A DNA stretch of 64,000 nt from Carcharhinus amblyrhynchos. Taxonomy: Eukaryota. The position numbers and the translations under genes were made by a program. The notes beneath the pieces are model-generated. The model was not told the DNA's origin. It saw only the letters and a program-made list of their open reading frames with translations, and searched no databases. Shown here piece by piece: positions 54,290-64,000 of this stretch; the stretch's first letter is position 1; every line of letters starts with the position of its first letter. Where the stretch lies: positions 64,542,001-64,606,000 of the forward strand of contig OZ336871.1 of NCBI GenBank assembly GCA_965287045.1, in the 5' to 3' direction.

Positions 54290-54600
54290 ACTTCATGTCC
54301 CAAAGCACTTTCCAGCCAGTGAATTTCTTTTGCAGTATAGGAAATGTGGATACCATTTTGTACACATCACTATCTCTCAAAGAACAATATATTGACCATA
54401 TTATCTACTTGTTTTTCACTGATATTTAGGAATAAAAATTGAACAGGAAGAACTCACATATTTCTCATGTAGTAGAATGAGATCCTTTATGCCTATCTAA
54501 TTTTTCACTTGAAAGGCAGCAGCTTCCGTGGGGCAACATTCACTTATCTAGTACTTGTCATCATAGATCTTGGAGAGTTGTTTGAATCCCTAGCCTTCAG
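54290..54600 (-). mobile_element. Deu-domain SINE remnant (SacSINE/AmnSINE-like)
   Basis: AAAGCACTTTCCAGCCAGTGAA..TAGGAAATGTGG..GATCCTTTATGCC..GAAAGGCAGCAGCTTC; roughly the reverse complement of the 56690-57035 element. Confidence 0.55.
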
Positions 54601-54639
54601 TATTTGCATGTCTTTCAATTGTGCTGGTAAAATATGCTT

Positions 54640-55110
54640 TAGTGTGATGGAATATTCTCCATTTTGCCTGGATGAGTGCAAATGAAGTTCGACACCATCC
54701 AGGACACAGCAGCCTACTTGATCAGCATCCCTTCCACAAATGTTCACTCTCTTCACTGAAGAAAAGTGGCAGCAGTGTGTACCATTTTGAAGATGCACTG
54801 CAGGATGTCACCAAGGCTCCTTCCAAATGCGCGACCACTACCATCTAAAGGACAAGGGCAGCAGATACAAGGAAACAACACTTGCAAGTTTCCCTCCAAG
54901 CCACTCACATCCTGATTTCAAAATATATTATAATTTTTTCACAGTTGCTGGGTCAAAAGTTCTTGAACTCCTTCCATAACAGTACTGAGTATATCTACAC
55001 ATGAGGGACTGAAGTAGTTTAGGAATGCAGCTCACCATCTCAGGGCAACTGGAGATGGGCAATTAATGCTGCCCTGGCCAGTAGCACCCAAGTCCTGTAA
55101 ATGAATGTAT
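54640..55110 (+). mobile_element. Old CR1/L2-group LINE 3' fragment
   Basis: GATGGAATATTCTCCATTTTGCCTGGATG, TCGACACCATCCAGGAC, TGCAAGTTTCCCTCCAAGCCACTCAC; tail GGGCAATTAATGCTG..AATGAATG. Confidence 0.6.
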
Positions 55111-56689
55111 CTTTTTGATTCCCAAAGGGCTTTTATGGGTGTCTGTGGAAGTAATTGGGCTTCACTATTCCAGTGGTGCATCATTTATTATGAGCCCTGA
55201 TATAGTAATCTTACAGTAAAGTGGCATTTAAGTACTGTCAGCTCTGATTATTTTTTAGTGAATTTTCTCCTAATTTAGTTTTGAAACAGTGGGGCTGAGG
55301 AATAGAAGTACTGGGCTTGCTTGGCAACAGAGGCTAATGTAACAGCTGTGTCCGGTACTTGTGTTGGCATTTGTCCAACCTTTACACTTTACAAGCCAGT
55401 TATGTGTCTACCTAGAGTATTTACAGTTACTCTGATTACAGCTTGCGACAGTCACCCTAGCACCTTGACAGCTTTTGAGATTTGATGTTGATGTGCAAAA
55501 ACAAATTGGGGAAGTACCATATATGGTAAATATAAAATTGGGCAAGTACCATAATATGGTTAATGTAGGTATGTGAAATGTGAAACTAAAAAATTTTTGC
55601 ATTTACTTTTGTTTTCAAAGCAGCTGATAACGCAAGTGCCTATTTTGATTAGTGTGCTGTAAAATGATGCCATTTGTCTAACAAGGCATTAGATTCATTT
55701 TACCACAACATATTGTGTTTTAAATGGTTAAACGGTGTGACTTGAAGCAGATTTATCGTATTTTTTAAAAACTAACCTTCCCCAAAAAATCAGGAAAGTT
55801 CCTAAACTTAAGTTTATTCAAAAATGTGCCCTGCTCCAAACTTGCAGTTTATCCTGTTGTGGGGTTAGAGATAGGAAGGGGTGAGGCACAGAGGGCTTTG
55901 AAAACAGACATAAATTGTAAAATCTACTTTTTTGCTTAAGTGATGGGTAAATGAGACCTGATGTTTGTGGTCTAAACCTGAACTTAGAAAATGATTAGGG
56001 TGGGCTGATTAAAAAAAGGATTTTGGCCTTGTTGATATTGTGGTGGTCTACATATCACTTGCAGTGTGGGTCACAACTACACAGCATATTGTAAGTCATG
56101 GATTTGCTGGCAGGTCACCTTAGTCTCGGCTCCTGTCGAAACAACTCAATTATTATATCTTGCTGAAATTAGTTGTGGATAAGTTCCATGACTAGGCTAA
56201 GATAGCAAGAATGAAGAACGTTGCATGAAGTCTATCTGGATGTGAAAAGGCATGGTCTCCAATCCATTTCAAAAGATGGTTGCTATAAAACTATCATGCA
56301 GGGTCTTCAGATTAATAAATTTTGCTGGACATGCAAGATTTGAGGATTTATCAAAAATGTGGTTGGAGTCAAAAGCTATTGTCAGACCTATAAAGGCAAT
56401 GCAGTAAAGAGATGGGGGCGAAAGAGATCAAATGATGTAAAACAAAACAGGAAAATAAACTGGATAATGTGGAGGAAAAATAATAATTGCTTCATATGTA
56501 TGAAGAGGTGAAAATAGGATCTGATTAACAAGGGATAAAGAAAGGCATTGGTTGCGGTGGGTGAAATTACAGCATCTCTGGTATTTTTACATTAATTATA
56601 AATGATGAGATATGGGAGAATGAGAGCAATAGAAAATAAATGATTCATTTGGGGGTTTTCTTGCCTTGGAGATCTGTGGCAACATCAGT

Positions 56690-57035
56690 CCAGGCACCTC
56701 TCAAAAACCTAGACTGCTTTCCAATGCCTTACTGAGGGAGTGCTGTGCTGTCAGAGGTGGCAACTTTTAGATGTTAAACAGCAGCCCTTTCTGTGCTTTC
56801 AGATGAGCATAAAGGATCCATTATATCAGAGGTACAGGAGAGATACAACAATGTCCTGGTCAATATCTATTCCTCAGTCAACCATCATTAAAATGGTCAT
56901 TCTCGATTTTAGGGGGTTTTACTGCATACAAATCAGCTGCTGTGATTCTACCTTTACGGCCATAATTCTGAAGTAAAGCTACTGTTGTAAAGTGCTTTGG
57001 GAAATCCTCAAAGGTGTGATATAAATTCAAGTTTT
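56690..57035 (+). mobile_element. Deu-domain SINE remnant
   Basis: TACTGAGGGAGTGCTGTGCTGTCAGAGGTG..AGATGTTAAAC..TAAAGGATCCA and an L2-type tail TAAAGTGCTTTGGGA..ATATAAATTCAAG. Confidence 0.65.
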
Positions 57036-57344
57036 GCTGAACTTGCATGGTATTGACTTTAGACCATTTAAGGAAGCAGGAACTCTAGCTACAATTCAAT
57101 CCACGTTCAATTTATCAATTATTCCATAGAATTGGAGAATAGCTAAAATAACCTGTTGACTCAAGAATGGAAAAACAATGAACTGTCTAACCGTAAACAA
57201 TTAGTCTAAGCATTGGACAAACGCTTGAAGTCTGTAACTTGAGAGATAAAATGATTGTTTACATTTATTATAGACAATTTATGTTGGGTAAATATATTTT
57301 AATGTAACAACTAAAGATGCAGTAAATGTCATGCAAGTCATCCT

Positions 57345-58135
57345 TTACTATAGGATTGCCTCGGATGGCAAAGTGAGTGGGTAAACTTGGCAGTTGAAAT
57401 ATAATGTAGGAAAGTGTGAAGTTAAGTACTTTGGGAAGATTAAGAATTGAGTATTTAAATGTAGGCAGAAAAGCTGCAACTCGAGGGAATTGGAATCCTC
57501 TTGTGCAAGTCATAAAAAGCTACCATGCAAATTTCACAGGTAATAAGGAAGGCAAAGGGAATGGAGTATAAAAATGGGAAGGTCTTGCTAAAACTGTACA
57601 AGGCGCTAATTAGATCAGACCTGAATACTATTTTGGTCTCCTTTTAAGGAAAGATATACTGCCATTGGAGGCACAGGTTCAGTAGGTTGATTCTGGGTAT
57701 GGAGGGATTTTCTTGGAGAGATTCAGTGGGCCAGTACTCATTGGACTTTAGAGAAATGAGAGAGAACCTTGTAGAGACAGAATTCTCAGAGGGCTTGACC
57801 GAGTAGATGTTGAGAGGTTGTTTCCCCTGTGGGATATCTAGGATCAAATGGCATAATCTTGGATTAAGGGGTTGCCATTTAATACAGAGATGAGAGCTTT
57901 CTTCTCTTGGGGTTAGTGAATCTATGGAATTCTTTATCTCAGTTTTGGACATCGTTAACAACCCAGCCTCTGCAATAAACAGATTTTCAATCATCAGGGA
58001 ATCAAGTGTTGTGGGGATAAAGCAGCAAAGTGGAGTTGAGGATTATAATGTCAGATCAGTTGTGATCTCATTGAATGGCAGAGCAGACTTGATGGGCTGA
58101 AAGGCCTACATATGCTCCCACATCTATGGTCTTGT
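57345..58135 (+). mobile_element. CR1 LINE 3' fragment, degraded
   Basis: TGGCAGTTGAAATATAATGTAGGAAAGTGTGAAG (WQLKYNVGKCE), GGAATGGAGTATAAAA, and a 3' UTR GATCAG..TGATCTCATTGAATGGCAGAGCAG. Confidence 0.8.
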
Positions 58136-59879
58136 AAGGGACTTGTTAGGAGAAGTGAGATATATGATGGAGTGTGAGAGTAAGTATGAAAAGGAGGAGA
58201 GATATGATTGTAAAAAGACTTTTGAGTGGTATAGATGGCGGCTGCAAATTTACTTTGGCTAAGTGCAAATCCTAAATTTTAGGAGACAATTATTAATGAA
58301 TGGACAGATACAAATGATATATTCCCTTGTGTTAAATAGAGGAATAAAAAATAAATGTATATAAAACATTAACACCACTGTTGGGACAGTTGTGTGCTCC
58401 ATTATTTGGAGGGTGGAAGTTGTACATTTTGGTGGACGCCTTAGGCCGACTGGGTAACCTTTTGACGAAGCAGACGATTATGTAAAGCTTTGGGTAGATG
58501 GGGCAAGACATTCCATAAGGTATTGGGATCCAGAGTTCAAGATTTGCTTCCATTTCTTTCCTTTGATATTCTGCCTCATTAAAATGTTGGCATGACCAAG
58601 CTTAAATGAACAAGCTGTCATCATTGATTGGTAGCAAACTCCTCTCTCTAAGTGTCAATGCTGCTGGTCTTCAGGAAGACCTTGAATGTCAGGACGTGAT
58701 AGTGAAGACTATATTCAGTTTTGCGAACTTAGTGGACCTGGCTTCAAGGGCACTACCATTTGTTTGAAAGTCTTGTTGGTTTACAGGAAGTGGCAGAGAC
58801 ATTGCTACTGCTGTTTCTCTAGCACGGTTCTGTCACTGATACAAAGTTCAGTTCCCACTGTAGTACGAGAGCAGACGACAACTTCTTTGTACGCTAAGAT
58901 TTTGTTGACTTGTGGAGGTTGGTTAAGTATTTGACTCTGGTGCAGTCAACCCTTTCTATAAAGATGTTACAAACAGGTTAGGAGGCATGAACCAATTCAT
59001 TTCTGTCTCACTCCTGGGTTGGTTTAATCCAATTTGAATTTAATTTGCTGGCCTTGCCAATTCAGTATATGTACATAACTGTGTAGCTTGGTGAAAGAAA
59101 TAAGCCAGCCAGTTTTCTTTCTTTTAGCAATAACCAAGCTCTTTACTTGCTAAACTAATTTGGGTAAAGATGTTGAAATTAACAAAAGGTTTAAAATGTG
59201 CAAAGAAGTTCAAATACCCACTAATGCATAAACAGCACCCACGTCCCCACCCTCCCCCAAGCATGGAGAAAAGAAATAAAGCTCTGCAGCTTATCGGATT
59301 TTAAAACTTGGTCAAATTAAAAATAAAGTAACAAAAATATATGTGCTGATTGCCTGAATGCTTGCTTAGAGCTAAAGGGCCAATTTTCTCAAGTTGCTGG
59401 TTTTCACTGGAACATTCATTCTGCAATCATGCTTGATTATCAAAATCTTATCTTGGAGCTCTTGGTTTATAGAAATGCAGTCTTCTGGTGGCATTTCAAG
59501 TTGCAAACTGCTCAGCTTTTGAGTGTTTTTGGTGACAAGGGGGAGAGGGAAAAGGCTTTTGCTCTTTGTGTGACTGTCTCCCCAACTTGGTTCACATCTA
59601 GTAATTGTAATATACTAGTGGGATCACATGACCACTCTGGTTTCAATCTGGGCTTATCTTAGCCATGCTCTCTTGGATTCCATAGAATCAGTGTCTCCAT
59701 AAAGCAGCTTGTTCTTTGCAAATGTTGCCTAGTCACTGCTGTAGGCCATATTAGCAAAAAGCTCATATGTCCAACCAATGACAGTATAACAGACCTTCAG
59801 AAAATTTAGGATTGGTGGCAGTTAGTTCAACCCCTGTGATGAGGAAGCTTCTAAAAATGATGCAGGTCAAAATTAATAG

Positions 59880-62430
59880 TCACTTGTGCCAGTGTGGGTT
59901 AATTAAGGAAAGAAAGTCAGCATTGACTTATGGGCAAATTGTCCTATCCAACTTGTTTTGAGTCTTTCGTGGTAAGAGGGTTGATGTTGTGTATGTGGGG
60001 TTTCAAAAGGCATTTGCTAAGTGCTGCAAAACAGTCTTGTGCAACATGGAATAAGAGATACAGCAACATGATACTAAATTGGTTGAGTGACCAGAAACGT
60101 TAGTGGCCAATGGTATATTGAACTGGTGGAAGAGTTCAGCACTGGGACAAACCTCTTCCCAATTATATATTAATCACTCTCTTCTTACACAGTTCCTGAG
60201 TTAAGGATAACTTGTTTCCTTACTAAACGAGTTCTTGGATGATTCTCAGAACGTCTGTTAGCTGGGGCAGATGCTTATTGGAGGAGTGGGTGGATGAGGT
60301 GCCCGGTTTGCCCCTCGGACTTCTCTCTTTCGATGCTTGGCTTCAGCTTACTCTGTGATGAAACTTTATGTTCAGCTGCTTTCCCTCCACTTTGGGTGGT
60401 CTTGGGCCAGGTATTCCAAGTTGTCGGTAAAGATGTTGAATTTTTGCAAGGAAGCTTTTGAGGGCTTCCTTGAAGCATTTCCTCTGCTCTCCTGGGGTTC
60501 GCTTGCCATGTCAAAGCTGAGTAGAGCACTTGTTTCAGGACCGTCATATGGACAGTGTAGCCTGTCCAGTGGAGCTATTCGTGCAGGGTCAATGCTTCAG
60601 TGCGAAGAGGTTGCCCGAATAAGAACACTGGTGCATCTGTCTTGTCCATGGATTTGCAGATTTTTGTGGGGGCAGCACCATACTCCCTCATGGTTGACAG
60701 GCATCAAAGGCCGGGTATGAAGGTTGGTGTTGTTTCATGCAATTCTTTTGTTGAGTGGTGAAGATCATGTCCATTGTGTCCAATTGGGCAGACTGTATAT
60801 TTTGACTTTTGGAAGAGCTCTTAAATCACCTCATGATTAAAGGAGGCCTCTTGTGATTACCTTTTGCTGCGGCCTACAGTAGAGAAATCTCTAATTGCTG
60901 CAGCCGGACATGATTACAGCATTTGAAATTTCCTGGCTGTTCTCTTTCCAGATAAGGGAATTAACGTTGTTTATTGGCGTCAATAGTGCTTCTCCACCAT
61001 GCTTTAGTGCTTTGGAGACTCCATCTGCTCCTAAATGCCTTGTTCTTTAGCTGTGGGATGGCCTCTTCTACCTCACTAGGTTAGCATGGTGCTGAGATGG
61101 TCACTTCTAACGTTGTGGGTTGCAGTCAAAGACGCTTGTATTGAAGACACAGTCTCTGTTATAGAGATTCTTGAAGTTCTCCTTCCAGCGGACTGTGCGC
61201 CGCTGTTCTTGATGAATACTCCTCTAATCTTAATTAGGATTGGGGTGGGCCTTTGGTGTTCGAGTCATGGGTCTTAACCTAGATAAATAAACATTGTGTG
61301 TCATGGTTGTTGACTAATTGCGCTTTCTCCATCTTTAGGTCACAGGATTTTTGTTTGTCTTCAGCTGTCTACAGCTGTTTTCTTGCTCTCGAGTTGGGTT
61401 GCTGTTTCAGGTTCAGAAAAGCCTTGCACTGGCAGCTTGTTTTGTTTCTGGATCTCCTGGTTGAACTCATCAAACCAATTTTGGTGTTTCCAAGTGTCTC
61501 TTCACTGATTATGGAGGCCTGTGGGCACTCAATGTCTCTAGGTAATTGAGAGTTGGGAGTGAGGCATTGGCTGAATCGAGATCTTATCAGTTCCTTTGAT
61601 TTTTCCTGTGGCACTGTTTCTGTTGTTTTTAATGTTGATCCCAAACTTCAGCGCAAGTTTTAACTTTGTGTACAGATCATAATTTCAAAATTTGTGAATG
61701 GTACAAAACTTGGAAGCATTGTAAGCTGAGAGGAGGATAATGTAGAACTTCAAAAACAGACACTAGAATGTGCTGATTGGCAATTGAACGTTAATGCACA
61801 GAAATTTGAAATATTTCATTTTGGTTATAAGAATGCAGAAGTACTATAGAAAAGATCTGAAGGTATTGTGGGAGAAAAGGAACCTGGGTGCCTGTCTGTA
61901 TGAGCCATTGAATGTGGCAGGACAGACAGAAAAGATGATAATATATGTAGTATTGTGGGCTTTATCAGCACGGGCATAAAGATGATGAGTAAAGAAGTCA
62001 TGATAAACTTAGAAAACATGAGTTCAGTGTCAACTGATGCATTGCACCAAGTTCTGGGCACTTGGAAGGATGTGAAGGCACCAGAAAAGATTTACAATGA
62101 GAATAATTCCAGGGATGTGGAATTTAAGTAATGAAGATAGTTTGAACTATCCACGGGGAGAAACTTTTCCCATTTGTGAAAGAATCAATGACGGGGCACA
62201 GATTTAAAGTAATTAGAAAAGAAAGTAAAAGCTACATGAGAGAATGCAATGAGTGGTTAAGATCCAAGAATGTGGTTGATGCAGGTTTAATCAAATTACT
62301 CAAGAGAATTAAACTATGCAGGGGTACAGGGAGAAGATGGGAGAATAGCATCAAAGGAGTTGCTCATTTGCAGTGCCTGTGCAGACATGATGGGGTAATG
62401 ACCTCTTCTTGCACTGTAACGACTGTGATC
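59880..62430 (+). mobile_element. Old CR1 split by an RTE insertion (59880-60175 and 61650-62430)
   Basis: The left part ends at ATTATATATTAAT (IYIN); the right part resumes at ATAATTTCAAAATTTGTGAATGGTACAAAACTTGG (ISKF..GTKLG). Confidence 0.65.
60190..61645 (-). mobile_element. RTE-clade LINE, degraded
   Basis: Minus-strand remnants resembling ALKHGGEALL, ISLL.AAAK, TMDMIF and GEQRK.FK..LK...LAQDHPKWR, typical of RTE/BovB-like ORFs. Confidence 0.65.
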
Positions 62431-62549
62431 AATTTGCTCTATTTGTAAATTGTGTCTACGTTCACCTGCAGTATCGGGTTCATCTGTGGATCATGCTATT
62501 GGGGTTTTAAATGTTGAACCAAAAACACACTTGGATAAAATGAGATACT

Positions 62550-63830
62550 TGATGCTTACCTTTTTTTTGGTGCTGGCCCTTCAAAATATCAAAATAGGGA
62601 TGAGGGGAAAAAAACCTGATAAAACCAGAAAGGAAAATGTTGATGGAGAAATCAGAAATTGAGAAGTGGGAAGCTTCCAAAGAGAAAAGTGGACAGCATA
62701 AATGGAGAAAGAAGCTAGAATTCCCTGCACTATTAAAGTTGAGATTGAAATGAGATGCAAAAAAAAAAGCATCTGTTAATTGGTTCATATCAGGCAATGT
62801 AGAAATTGGGGGAAATCTTTATATAAAATAAAAATGGGGACAAAGGGACAGCATGAGAAAGGATTACCGGATTAGAGCAAATCGAAAGGTCTTGTATAAA
62901 CACGCAAAAGCACAGTTGGAAATCATTTTGTGGAGACCGAAGGCATAGCTAAGGTACTAAAATGGGTACTTTTGCATCTGTCTGTTATCAGTGTACCCTT
63001 GTTAATGGAGGAGTAATGATATTGGGTAAGATTGAGAGCAAGTACCTAAAAGGTTGACAGACTTCAGTGGAAAGTACCACTAAGTTTTTAAAATTTATTT
63101 ATTGTCACAGGCTTACATTAACACTGTAAAGAAGTTGCTGTGAAATTCCCTACTCGCCATGCTCTGGCACCTGTTCAGGTACACGAGAGAATTTCACATC
63201 TGGGAGGAAACCCATACAGACACAGGTAGAAAGTATAGATCCCGCAGAAATCGAACTTGAGTCCCTGGCGCTGCAAGCAGCAGTGCTTACCACTGTGCCA
63301 CCATGCAAGTCCAGAATGGATGCCTTTTGATACTGACCGAAGTAAGATGGAAATTGCAGGCGACTTGGGTCACAGTCTTGTCTTCTCTTGGGTATAGTGA
63401 TGACGCCAGTGGAATGGATGAATGCAAATGTTGCATTTTTTTTGTTTTGAAGTCTTAGTTCAGCAACAACAGGTCAGTTAACCTGATTTTAGTAGTAGGA
63501 CACTTGAACAATAGCTTGGGATGAAATGATCTGGTATTTAGCAAAGTATGAGTTAATAAACAGAAGTCAGCATAGATTTCTTAAGCAAATCACACTTAAC
63601 TAACTTGAAAGTGATAGTGAGGAGTGATGAATATTGAGCTTGTTTATATGGGATTTTAAAAAGGCATCTGACAAAACACCACATTATGCACTTGTTAGCA
63701 AAATGGAAATCCATGGGATCGAAAGACAGTGACAGTATAGACTGAGGGACACAAAGCAGAAAATAGTTGAGGGTTGCTTTTAGACAAAAGGCAATATGAT
63801 GGAGTTCCCCAAAGATCAATTTTGAGCCCA
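62550..63830 (+). mobile_element. Old CR1 RT N-terminal fragment containing a SINE
   Basis: Remnants of A.VLN.YFASV, ANV..F, QH.F.K..SHLTNL, Y.DF.KA.DK.PH and GVPQ.SIL. Confidence 0.55.
63090..63306 (-). mobile_element. V-SINE, internally deleted
   Basis: Tail TTTATTTATTGTCACAGGCTTACATTAAC; GGGAGGAAACCCA..CAGACAC; head GTCCCTGGCGCTG..GCAGCAGTGCTTACCACTGTGCCACC. Confidence 0.8.
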
Positions 63831-64000
63831 AGATGATTTTTTTGGATACTTGATTGGATGAATGAAGCTCAACACCATGCAGGGCAAAGCAGCCAATAAG
63901 AATGGTAGCCTGTCCACCGCTGCACAGTGGTAGCAGTGTGTATCTCTACACAGTCACTGCTGCAACTTGCCAAGGGTCCTTAGACAGCATCTGCCAAATT

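Overview
Vertebrate genomic DNA, almost certainly from a shark or ray; this is inferred from the repeat repertoire (V-SINE/HE1-like SINEs, HER1/CR1 LINEs, Deu-type SINEs, Penelope-derived palindromes). The window holds the promoter and first three coding exons (+ strand; 175, 61 and 49 nt) of an IGF2BP-family RNA-binding protein gene, best matching IGF2BP3. Exon 4 was not found and probably lies beyond the window. The rest is upstream and intronic DNA filled with CR1, L2, Rex1/Babar, L1 and RTE LINE remnants and SINEs, often nested. I found no convincing new multi-gene system. The most notable items are: a sense-strand hammerhead-ribozyme core in intron 2; a ~400-bp local duplication pasted into a SINE and carrying an exact micro-inversion; a SINE with an inverted head; a young intact-ORF CR1 forming inverted pairs in the pre-mRNA; and a recursive-splice-like junction at exon 2. 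Repeat boundaries are approximate and family names come from recalled motifs, not database searches.
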